This document shows, one piece after another, positions 40,397-52,553 of a DNA stretch of 64,000 bases. The stretch spans positions 117,242,001 to 117,306,000 of the forward strand of contig NC_043002.1 of the NCBI RefSeq assembly GCF_006345805.1. Reading direction: 5' to 3'. The position numbers and the translations under genes are program-made. The stretch is from Octopus sinensis. Taxonomy: Eukaryota. Each line of letters starts with the position of its first letter. Within the stretch, counting starts at the first letter, position 1. The notes below the pieces were generated by a model. It searched no databases. It was not told the origin of the DNA and saw only the letters and a list, made by a program, of their open reading frames with translations.

Positions 40397-43309
40397 TAAG
40401 CAAAACTGTCCGAGAAACAGGAATGTGAAACTCTCAGTAACAGATTTTGTGATATTTTTGGTGCTTTTTAATAAAGCATATTACTCTACCTCTGGTATTC
40501 GAGTACTATTTTTTCCACCTTGCTTCGCATTTATGTGCTTGTCCTCCTTCCATGCTGGTATGAGTTGGACGATTTCACAGGAGCTGGCCTGCGCCATACT
40601 TCTGTGTCTGGTTTGGCAAGGTTTTAACAGTTGTATGCCCTTCTTAACACCAACCACCCCACAGAGTGGACTGAGTACTTTTTATGTGACACCAGCACAG
40701 GCGAGGTCTGTTTTGGCATGATTTTTACACCTGGATGCTCTTTCAAATGCCAACCACTTTACTATGTTAACTGGATGCTTTTTAAGTGGCACTGGACACT
40801 GGCAGGGTTACCAAGTAACTTGCAAGACAAGGAATTTTGGGAGGGGAGGGGGCAATGGAGGAGGTGATCTTGTGTCAGATGATGAAAGGTTCATGTGTGA
40901 CAGAGAGACAGAAATAGATGTTTTGCTGTGGAGGAGGTACATGGTTACCCAGCCAGATAATTGCTGACGTGGCCTGATTGGTACTTGTGCCAGTGGAACG
41001 TTAAAAGTACATCCGAACATGGAGTGTAACCAGCCCACTTATGAGTATCCCTCATTCATTGGACAATGAACTTTGCTTGCGAAGACCTATTGAGGCAAGT
41101 GTAAACAAATCAAAATTGCTGATGTGGCCGATGACAGTACCGCCTGAATTGGCACTTGTGCCAGTGGAATGTAACAAGCATATCCGAGCGTGATCATTGC
41201 CAGGGCCATAGATTGGCTCCTATGCTAGTGACACATGAAAAGCACCATTCGAGCATGATCACTGCCAGCGTCACCTTACTGGCACACGTGCCGGTGGCAC
41301 GTGAAAAACATTTGAATGTAGTCATTGCCAGTGCTGCTGAATTGGCTCCCATGCAGGTAGCACGTAAAAGTGTGCAGATAGCACACTTTTGAGCGTGGTT
41401 GTTGCCAGAACTGCCTGACTGGCCCTGGTGCCGGTGGCACGTAAAAAGCACCTACTACACTCTCGGAGTGGTTGGCATTAGGAAGGGCATCCAGCTGTAG
41501 AAACTTTGCCAGATCAGATTGAGCCTTGTGCAGCCTCTGGTTCACCAGTCCTCAGTCAAACTGTCCAACTCATGCCAGTATAGAAAGCAGATCAAGACTG
41601 GGGCCTGGTGCAGCCATCTGGTTCGCCAGCCCTCAGTGAAAACCGTCCAACCCATGCTAGCATGGAAAATGGACGTTAAATGATGATGATGATGAGGGTA
41701 ATGTTTCTATAGAAACAATCAACCAGGTTACTATAGCAACCACGTTTTTATTTTAAAAAGACTCACAAACCAGTTTAACCCTTTAGCATTCAGATCATTC
41801 TGTCAAATGGGATGTTTATTTATTCACATTGTTTGGAATTAATCTGGCATTATCTTGTAACTTTAAAATTTCAATATGATTGATTCTTTTTAGGATAACA
41901 CTGTAGGGTATGTGTGAGGAAGCAAATGTAGCTGGTTTGAACATTTTTACATTAGAATATTTAAGCCGGATATGGCCTCTTTAAATTCCAAAGGGTGAAA
42001 ATAATCACAATGTTTTTATATTCTAAATATTGGAACAAGATAAAGATAGGGAACTATCGAATGCATATTCAGTTTAAATTTTAATCTTTTATCACTTATA
42101 TGTGTCAAGAAGTCAGCTCAAGTAAAAACAACTGTTCCTATCCCCAAGCAATGGTATCTGTGGCTTTTATCTCCAAGGGCCCTTTCTAGAATATTAAGTC
42201 TAGCACTGCATCTTAGATTGAAAAGAAGAAAAATCTTTTTTTTCTGTTTACTTTTTTTTAACTCTCTGCAAAGTAAATACCAACTCTGATAAACAAGTAA
42301 AATGTAAAAGTCCTGACCAAATGAAATTAGTTATTTATAATAAATGTTAATGATAATTTTTGCATTTCATGGTTCTTATGTTCAAAAATATTCCGTTTCG
42401 TTAATCATATATATATTAAAAAAAAACTTCCAATTACCTAAAAAAATAAAATAAAATAAAAACTCATTAGTAGTTTTTATTTCTGTACAAAAAATTGGCA
42501 ATCTGGTGCATCTGAAAATTGAAGTTACAAGATGCAAAAACTAACACAATATTCTGCAGGAAAATCAAGAATTTAGGATTAAATATTCCTTGTGTTGCTT
42601 ATTCTCTTATTCTGATATATTATTACAAAGCTTCCATCGATACGCAACGTTCGTATATTCAAACATGTCGTCAGATGGGAAATTAACACGACCGAATTAT
42701 ATTAAAAATTACTTGTTATTTCATCAGGATTTGATTTTTTTGCATTTTCTAAGCATATTTTGTAATTTCAATCAAATGTCCCAATTTCTTATTTTAAAAA
42801 GTCAGAAAAATGTTAGAAAACGACAGCGACATCCATTCAAAATATTGTTATTCATACTGATACTACTGCCGCTTGTTAGTGCAACCACTTCTATGAGACA
42901 TACTTCTACCACTACCACTCCTTACTGCCGATTGCGAATTTCAAGTAGAAGCGATTCGTTCATGCTATCCTAGTCTTCTTACAACGGAATAACTGTTTTT
43001 CCCTGCCAGTGTAACAAAAGTAACTGAATAGAAGAATAAAGGAGTTATAACCAAAGCTGTATATTCCTGTCGACCTGATTCCACGGTTCTGGAATTTTGG
43101 ATTCCACCAAACCGAGATATCTTTTACTTCATTCTGATTATAAAGGTTGGAGCTTCATTCTCCTCGACTAGTTCGTTTAATTTACTTTTTATCGTAGAAA
43201 TCTGGCCATTTTTTTTTGTGTAATTTTTTTAAGTAACATTTTTTGTATCATTTTTAAAAATCGTTTTAGTGTTATATATAAAAATTTACATATATATATT
43301 TTTACCATG

Positions 43310-43340
<31 letters not shown>

Positions 43341-44149
43341 ACATATATACACACATACTAGAATTATACTTAATATATAGTTATTAATATAAAAGAACAT
43401 GTATTATAGTAATTTTTGTGTATTTTTTGTTTTGACAAAAGGCAAATAAGATTAATGTTTATTTATTTTTTAAAATTTTTTAGTGTATTTCTTTATGATT
43501 ATTTCTGTTGCTCTCTTAACTTTTTGCAGTGCAAACTTTTAACAAGCTATTGAAAAATGTTCTTTGAACATTTTCAGCAAAATAAACTAAACTCCATAAT
43601 CCCAAATTTCAAGCCAGTTCGAGAGATAACATTTTACAAAGTTATGTTCAATTTGTTTTTCGAAGTCAGAGTAAAAAATCTTTTTTTTAATAAAACATGA
43701 AGGTCGAATGCGTGTGATTATGTATGTTGCTTTGGGATTCTTTTTTTTTTGACTTACATTGCAGAATTCGAGCCGGTCACTAGCAAAGTGGCTCTTTTGT
43801 TTAAGTCAAGACAGCTCTTGGGATTTGTGGTTATCTGAATTCGTTGGTGTGGACATAAATGTGTGTGGTTGTCCACCACGTGCGTGTGCAGTGCATGCAG
43901 ATAAGCTTACACTCATGTTGTGAATGTGCGTGTCATGTACGTACGTAAGTTTGTGCGTGCATATATATTCCGTATGTATATGTGATTGTGGGCATGTATT
44001 TAAGTAGGAACCTCAAATGGAAAATCCCTGAAATGTTTTACAAATTTTTGCTGTGTCTCTAATCGATTGTATGTAGAGAATGTGAATCAGTCTGCTTTGT
44101 TCTTTTTGGAGAATCCATCATTTCCAGGTTTTATGCAGATCTCTTGTTA

Positions 44150-45200
44150 CATAACTCAATGTACTTATGATAATAGTAACAAATGAAAATTTATAGCCTG
44201 GATATAAAAGCTGTAGGTTTCTTATGATTTCTTCATAGATGTACTTTTCTCTAATTTTTAGTGAGAGATTTGCATCTATTGGGCAACTATTAGTGCATGA
44301 GAGTTTCTTTCCAACAATATCTGGCCTGTTGAGCTTACACCAGGTTGTTGTTTTAATTGGAATGTTCCATCAGTATTCTTTATTTTTAAAGTTGTGAATA
44401 CTTTCTTGTTCTGGTGTGCTTTATAATAGTTGTCAGGACTATCCTTCCTATGTATAGCATTGCAGATGGTCTTAACAACAATCTGACATCTCATGTGAAG
44501 GTAGTACTTTGCAGACATTTTTGGACAACTGCTGTTAATGTAGGTGATATTTTCCACACTAGTAAGACATGACCCTTACTATCTCAGTATGGTGGTGGGG
44601 TCTAGAGGGACTTGCTTATCTCTTTTGTTGATCAAATTTTTATCTCCTAGTCTTGGATAGGAAAAGCATAGCTTTCTAGGTGAGATGTAATGTACTTGTT
44701 ACAGGTCCAGGAGAGGCTACTATTCCTAGTAATCCTGTTTGGCATTCTCTAACTTGAATGATATATACCCTCACATAACTTATTGTTGACATGGTGAGTA
44801 TTTCTCCTCCAAGCCTCTGTTTAAGTCGGTCAGCTCAGCCAGCCTTAGTTCGCATGGATCAGAGTACCTATTCAGGAGTTTTTCATTTAATCTTATGATG
44901 TTACTACCTTCGCTATTGAGTACACACTAAAAGTACTCCTTTCTTTACTGCTCAATAGTGTTGCCTAAGTGATATGATGCAGCATTCAAAGGCCTGATCC
45001 TATTATGCATCTTCCTCCACCCCTCCATTTTATATAGATCCTGTCATGGGAGTTTAAGGACTTTTCTATCCTGTTTATTCATGAGATATTTTGTAGCTAT
45101 CTCCTACTTTTGGCTTGCAAAACCATAGCTTTCAAGATGTAACATGATGTAACAGTCACAACTCCATGAGAGGCTACACTCCATATCAATACTGATTTCA
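44150..45200 (-). mobile_element. Decayed RLE-type (R4/Dong-like) non-LTR retrotransposon fragment
   Basis: Remnants ITYINSSCPKMSAKYYL (knuckle region), WNIPIKTTTWCKLNRPDIV (endonuclease) and DRIYIKWRGGG. Confidence 0.55.
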
Positions 45201-46260
45201 AATTTTGGCACAAGGCCAGCAATTCGCTGGGAGGGGTAAGTCAATTACATCGACCCCTGTACTCAACTGGTACTTATTTTATCAACTCCGAAAGGAAGAA
45301 CGGTAAAGTCAGTTTTGGCAGAATTTGAACTCAGCATTTCACCTGGCGTGCTAACAATTCTGCCAGCTTGTTGCCTTACTCCATATTGATATTATCATCC
45401 TCTTCTAGGTTACAGGAAACATGTATGTGCATAACCTTTTATGTTGAGTGATTCCCTTCCAGGTCTTCTCTGAGACATGATAGCCTTGCACTTTTGGATT
45501 TGAATGAGAAGTTATCAGGAAGTATTTCCTGAGGAATTCACTACCACAGGATGTTATTCATTTCATTTTCAAATGCTTGGCTGGTCTATTTGTTTTCGCT
45601 GCTATTGTTCAGCAGATACTGTCTGAGTTATTTCATACAGCACTCAGAGGCAGTCTGTACTCTTAAGCTTCTTCCCGCTTTTCTTCTGTGCTAGAATCTG
45701 TCCATATCACTGTTTCTATGGAAATTTGCAGTTTACGTCAAGATTTGCATATTTTAATGTCTGTTGGGTAGATTTTCTGTATAGGTCAACTGCATATTCA
45801 AAAGTTGGTATCAGTACAGGCGGAAAGCACTGACTGCCATATCTTTAGTCTAGTTTATCATTCTTTGATTACTCTGTCCTTCTTCACAGTACCTTTGAAT
45901 GATATATTGTCATTAATATCTGGGTATTGATAGCACCATTCATGCAAAGATTTTGGTTTAAGGAAATAGTCTTTCTACATTCACTTTTTAAATTTGAACA
46001 TTTCTTTTGTTCAGACTACATCTTTGTATCAGTGGAAAGAGTTATGAAAGTGCTAAATCTAGCTATGTTTCAGAATTGTAAATATTTCAAATAAAGATCT
46101 TTAGACTGTCAACATACTATTTATGAGTGATACAAGTGTCTTTTACAGTTTTGCAACCTAAGACATAACCATCTTTCATGAAAGAAATGACAGTGTGATA
46201 GGGGCAAAATAAACAGAAGCACAATGAGATTGTCATCTTGCGTGTGTGTGTGTATATACT

Positions 46261-46461
46261 CTTTTACTTGTTTCAGTCATTTTACTGCGGCCATGCTGGA
46301 GCACCGCCTTTAGTCGAGCAACTCAACCCCGGGACTTATTCTTTGTAAGCCCAGTACTTATTCTATCGGTCTCTTTTTTGCCGAACCGCTAAGTGACAGG
46401 GACGTAAACACACCAGCATTGGTTGTCAAGCAATGCTAGGGGGACAAACACAGACACACAA

Positions 46462-46527
<66 letters not shown>

Positions 46528-46686
46528 TACGACAGGCTTCTTTCAGTTTCCGTCTACCAAATCCACTCACAAGGCATTGGTCGGCCCGAGGCTATAGCAG
46601 AAGACACTTGCCCAAGATGCCACGCAGTGGGACTGAACCCAGAACCATGTGGTTGGTAAGCAAGCTACTTACCACACAGCCACTCC
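46261..46686 (-). mobile_element. tRNA-derived SINE, family A, full-length young copy
   Basis: Head GGAGTGGCTGTGTGGTAAG...GGGTTCAGTCCC on the minus strand, conserved body, and central (TA)/(CA) microsatellite. Confidence 0.8.
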
Positions 46687-46799
46687 ATATATATATATAT
46701 ATATATGTACAAGCAGAGATACCTGGCATCACTTGAGATTAGAAACAGGTGATACAGGAAAGTGCAGCATTGATGACAAAACATTTCAGTTTTATATTT

Positions 46800-47050
46800 G
46801 GCATAGTGGTGAAGAGCACGGGCTACTAACCCCAAGATTTTGAGTTCGATTCCAGGCAGTGATCTGAATAATAACAATAATAATAATAACAACAACAACA
46901 TCGAAAAATACCTTAGGAATGAGAACCCAGATTAGAAATTTCCCCAAGACACCTGATGAAGGCTGGAGGGTATAACAGCCGAAACGTTGTGATAACAACA
47001 AACAAGAGAAGACAAATATCTGTCAATTGTAAATAATATAAATAATGGAC
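46800..47050 (+). mobile_element. tRNA-headed SINE, family C (hammerhead-containing)
   Basis: Head GGCATAGTGGTGAAGAGCACGGGCTACTAACCCC...GAGTTCGATTCC. The body is homologous to 21092-21290. Confidence 0.75.
46950..46991 (+). ncRNA. Minimal type I hammerhead ribozyme motif
   Basis: CAC-CTGATGA-A-GGCTG-(10-nt loop)-CAGCC-GAAA-CG-TT-GTG: both conserved core boxes, a perfect 5-bp helix II, a palindromic AACGTT helix III and a 3-bp helix I. Confidence 0.65.
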
Positions 47051-47059
47051 AGAACATTT

Positions 47060-48616
47060 GTGGAGTAAACGATGGGCTAATTCAACTAAGTGACTTGTCA
47101 TTCGTCTGTTTGGAGTCACGGAAAATTGGTGTGTGTGGTGGGGGTATGTGATTTTTGAATGCACTGAAAAGTTGTCAGTGGATATATTCTCCATTGCAGC
47201 GGAATTTAGCGCTGCATCTAACATGACCCATCATCTGAAGTTTTGACACCTCTTTCCGGTTTGTTGTCTTACATCACTCATAAAGAAAATTTGGAGGAAC
47301 TGTGGTTGTTCATTTGTGGGTAACTGGGAACCATTGAGGTGATTGACTTGCTCTTGAATTTTGAATGTTGGCATAAATCCATGCACCAAACGATGTCATT
47401 TGAAATGCAGAGTTGTATTGTCTGATATTGTTCAGAAAATCCTTTGAGACTGGACGGAAATGCCTTCCAGAAAGGGTTGAGGAGGAACTGGTAGTGCTGA
47501 TAATCTTGCCTGAGCAGCGCATGCCATTAGTTTCATTTGGAAATTTTAAAGCTTTGCACAAATGACAATTTTAGTTTAGCACACCAATTTGGACAAAATT
47601 ATTATTTTTATAAGAATGGGGTGGATCCAGGAATTGTGAAGAACAAATTTGTACATAGTCTGTTTCTGAGAGCTATTCTATTGGACTGCTGTCTAATCAT
47701 TAAAACTTCACATTAAAACACTGTTTCAATGATTCAGCATTAAGTGCTGCAGCATTCCTTTGCTGATCTTGAGAAAGTCTCATCTGTATTGAGAGCCCAT
47801 CTGACATGCTGCAGCATTCCTTTGCTGATCTTGGGAAAGTTTCATCTCCCTTCTTTCTTGAGACTCCATTTGATGTGCTGAAGCATGTGTTTACTGATTT
47901 TGAGAAAGTCTCATCTCCTTTCTGTATTAAGACTCTTGCCTTCAATTTTTTACAATCCTCCTTGCCTTATTCTTGTTTCCGGAGAGATTACATCTTTTCT
48001 TTAGTGGCATATTTGTTTTAATATTGTAAACCAAAAACTATGAACATAGAAGGAATTATGCAGTAATCTCTATTATTGTAAGCAGTTGTATGTATGTAGT
48101 ATGTCTTTATTTTTGTTTGCAGTATAAAATAACCAAATAGAAGCACATGTATGAACTGATAATTTAACAGTAAATTTGCAACTGCTGTGATAATTATTAA
48201 CTAATAATTGAATGGTAAATGTGTATTTGTATATACTTTGGACCTGCCGTTTCATTGTTTTTATGTCCAGTTCATTATGTCAGTCAACACACATACACTG
48301 ACACACCATCCTGCTGTCGTGGCCGTAAAGACAGAGAGTTGCCGATGTGTAATGTTGTTCACATTAAGATATAATTAGAATTAAAAGTGAAACAATATTA
48401 TAGTACGTTACAATATAGATGCTATTCTTTCACTTTTGACATGTAATACCGAACCAGTGCCAATGTTGTATTGTTTTAATCCCGATGAAAAAAAATTGCA
48501 TGTTGACACTTATGGGGTCTGATACTATTACCATGTACAATTTGATTTGATTTGGTTGAGCCGTTTGAGAATGCATTGGGAACAGACAGACAGGCAAAGA
48601 ATTTTATCTATATAGA
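47060..48616 (-). mobile_element. Helitron remnant (5' end and start of the Rep/helicase ORF)
   Basis: 5' end A|TCTATATAGATAAAA...TGTCTGTCTG at 48616. Translation CKALKFPNETNGMRCSGK...KDFLNNIRQYNSAFQMTSFGA then GFMPTFKIQEQVNHLNGS...FLQIFF is typical of Helitron RepHel N-terminal regions. Confidence 0.75.
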
Positions 48617-48821
48617 TTAAATATTTTTAAAGTCCAAGCTATACAAGTTAAAAGAAAATAATTACAGGTCAATGACTGACCTCTACTCTCAGAGAAGTCA
48701 GTTATAAACAATTTTTTCTCAGTAAATTTCCTGAAGAAGGAATCCGAACCCTGAAATATTGAAATATCAGGTTAGTACTAACCATCAATCTGTAATTTTA
48801 ACATTTTTGAACTCACATTGA

Positions 48822-48852
<31 letters not shown>

Positions 48853-49488
48853 ATGTGTGTGTGTGCATGTGTGTGTGCGTGTGTATACAATGGGCCCTGA
48901 ATGCAGATGATGTGCGAAGACTAGAGAGGAATAAAGTTGGTGTGCTTTGTTGGATGTGCAATATCAGTGTACACATGTAATGGAGCACTAGTGTATTGAG
49001 AGGAAAGATAGGCATAAGAAGATTATATGCAGTGTGGAAGAGACGAGACTGCACAGGTTTGGTTATGTGATGTGGATGGATGAGGACAGTTGCATAGATA
49101 AGTGCTCATCACTTAAAGTGGAGGGAAGTTGTGAAAGAGGGAGTCCCTGGGAGATATGGGATGAAATACTGAAGGTTGATCTCAAAATGCTCACCTTTAT
49201 GAAGATGACAGAAGACCAAGTTATTACACACATGTGAGTGAGAACACTTTGAGGTATTTTTGGTATCTAACATATGTCAGATACTGCGAGCGCTGCTTCT
49301 GAATGGTCAATCCATGGTGATGACCCGAGGTCACGGTGACAGCGCTGCCTCTGATTGGTCAATCCATGGTGATGACCTGAGGTCACGGTGACGGCACTAC
49401 TTTTGTCATTCATAAGTTACAACTAAACATGAAGAATTTAGTTATTGGGTTAATAAAATATGGTCGTTTATTCGTGTGTAATAAATAA

Positions 49489-49632
49489 AATACCAAACTC
49501 ATTCCCTATGGATACCGTATTTATTACAACTCGTGGCTTGTAAACGTATCTAACTCGCTTTCGCTCGTTAGATATATTTACAAGCCACTCGTTGTAATAA
49601 ATACGGTATCCATAGGGAACTCGTTTGGTATT
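49489..49632. repeat. 144-nt hairpin-forming inverted repeat (70-nt arms, 4-nt loop)
   Basis: Arms 49489-49558 and 49563-49632 pair except for three TC/TC internal mismatches and CpG-decay-type changes. Confidence 0.9.
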
Positions 49633-50619
49633 CTCTATATATGTGACGCATTGCTGTACTCAGGAAGACCTGCCCACCACAACAGAATTGATATCCTGAG
49701 ACCAAGGTGCCATGTAAAAAACATCGGTGTTGGTGCTGGTGTCATAAAACACGCTGGTGCTGATGCCACATAAAAAGCACTGGTGATAGTGCTACATGAA
49801 AAGCAGTTGGCATTAGGAAGAGCATCCAGCTGTAGAAACCAAACCAAAATAGACTCTGGAACCTTATGTAACCCCTATCAGGCCACCCAACCCATGCCAG
49901 CATGGAAAACGGATGTTAAATGGTGATGACGATGATGGTGGTGGTGATGGGCTCTCCTATCATAATGACAGATAAGGGTTTCATTCTGCAACCAAGAACC
50001 CAAGATCATAGTGAGCCACCAGTTTGCTGAACAACCCATACAGATGATTTGTTTATAATGATAAAATATTTGTGCTCACTTCTTCTATCAAATCAACATT
50101 GTCTGTACAAGTGCACAGTGTTCCACACATCAGATGTCAAAGTTATTGCAAACCAAATTGAGAATATTAGGTTTGTCTACCTTACTGGTCCATAGCCAGA
50201 ATAATATGACATCATTTATGACAGATCAGTCTATGGCTAATTTTTAAATTTAGCTATAGAATCATATGTAGATTAATTATTTGTAAAGGCAGCCCATGTC
50301 TTAACGCTTTACAGGATAGTGGTTTTATTGATAAATTCTTTTATAACCATCCTCCTTCTCAACCATATAGATATAGGAATAGGTCCTGCAACCTTTATAT
50401 GGTTCACCCTGCTTTTCTCTCTAAATGATATGTCAAATATAGATATAAAATTCTTACTTTTATTAAAGAAACACTTTCCCCACAACCAAAGTCATAACAA
50501 AATATTTAACAAATTCAGTTAACATTACTTATTTCTGTTTCCCTAATGTAAAAGCCTATATCAACAATTTAACAAATGCCTTAAACTAGTCCTGGGTGCA
50601 CATGCTGAGATAAATCTAC

Positions 50620-50960
50620 GTGTCCTCTAGGATAGGTTGTTGATATGTCCTCCATTGTTTACAAGGCACAAGTAACAGCAAACAACAACACCAGCTGGAC
50701 AGAAACCAAGCACTATAAAGGATCTGTGGAAGGAAAATTTAAATTCAAATACAACCATCTTCCTTTAGGTACTTCAAGAAGAGACATACCACAATCATCT
50801 CAGCATTTATCTTGAAGATTAAGGACACAGGCATCCTACAACGTCAGCTGGGAGATTCTAGGACCAGATCATGTATTAATGGATCAGAAAGTTGTTCTGT
50901 TGGCTCGCTTATTATACTTTATCATTTTGATGAACTTATAAACCTCCTGGGACTGTATAA
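50620..50960 (+). mobile_element. Decayed Penelope-like element fragment (GIY-YIG endonuclease)
   Basis: Translation VYKAQVTANNNTSWTETKHYKGSVEGKFKFKYNH...YNVSWEIL follows the Penelope GIY-YIG pattern; stops are present. Confidence 0.55.
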
Positions 50961-51735
50961 ATACCAAGAATGAAATTTTTCATGTCCACACTTACCATTG
51001 TATATTTTAGTAGGAATTAAATATAAACCAGCAGGCAGAGCGCAACCAATTAATTTGGTTGCAATTCTATGGAGCTCCAATCAGTGAATATATACCACCT
51101 GTACCATCATTTGTGCAGTGGGATATCCTGTTTATACACCACAAATGCGTGAACACTGATAACTCTTGTAACTTCTATTATTCCAACAACCTTTCCACTT
51201 TTTGTTTTTCCTTTCTGCTTGGTTTATGAAATGTTCACCCCCTGTAAGAACCTATCTTTATTAGATAGATGTTCATTGAATTATCTACCTTTCATCACTT
51301 TGTCTTTTTCAAACTACATGGTCTTATTTAAACTTCTCTTAAATCAAACAGAGTTACTACCCACCATACTGACATTACTAATGTGAAAAATAGTGAAATA
51401 AATTTCATATTCCTCCCAGGAAACCCTGAGTAGCTGAATTTCTCACAGTTTTTGTAATGGATATCCATGTAGCAAATTCACATATAACATCAAACAATAA
51501 ATCCATGGCAATTAAGAGCTCAATTAATAACAGGTTGTTAAACTCAAACCTTATTTCATTGTAGTAAATTAATTCAATTTAAATTAATTATGTATCGCAA
51601 TTATGTAATTATGCGTTTGTTTGGTGTTTATCTTAATGAAACTAAAGCTGAGCACAATTAAAGTATGAATTATATGTGAAATTTATGCTTTCCTGCTTTT
51701 ATATGTATATATTCATACACACGTATGCACACACA

Positions 51736-51774
<39 letters not shown>

Positions 51775-52199
51775 TTGTGTGTATGTATGTCTAATGAATT
51801 GCACATAAGTGCTAAATAATAATGTCTGTCTATGCATTATAATATTATGAATTCATTATAATCATATAATTATTAATATTAACATTTATGTCCATAAAAT
51901 GTATTTATCATGTTGTAATGAAACAATTGTAACTACAGAATTAAAAATAATACCATAAATTCCAGTCTTTGTTTCAATATATACATACTCTGTGGCTAAT
52001 ATACTGGACAAGGAATTTCAACTTGTATGAATAGTTTTCTTCATAATCATAAAATATCTTCAAACAGTTGACAGCTGAGATTTGAGATTTGCAGACATGC
52101 TTCATGATAACAGCTCAGACTGTAATCCCTTTTACTCACACACACACACATGTATGTGTGTGTGCAGGCATGTTTGTGTGGTTAAGATGCTTGCTTTGC

Positions 52200-52553
52200 A
52201 AATAATAATAATGATAATAATGAAGTTATTGCATACAGTGCTCAGGTGCACCACAACTTGTCAGAAAGTGCGTATAAAGTACATGCAGTAATGTACAAAT
52301 GTCTGGAAAGCGAACAATGCATGAGTCAGATACAAGCTTGTGTGTGTATGGAGGGGAGACAATCAGGTGTAGTGTTGGTGAATCTCAGGAAGCATGGAAG
52401 TTTTGAAGGATGCAGTGCTCCGACAACTAACAACTGATGCCGGCAGTTTGTTCCATGCTTCAGCAACTCTTAGCGGGAAAAAATGTTTCCAAAAGTCATG
52501 GGAGCTGTGCTGTTTTCTGACTTTGTAAATATGTCCACGGGTGTTAAATGTGG
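52200..52553 (-). mobile_element. 3' fragment of the same CR1 family, inserted in a family A SINE
   Basis: Highly similar to 39970-40305 (NTRGHIYKVRKQHSSHDF...RQHYT*), with an (ATT)n tail at about 52200-52221. Confidence 0.85.
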
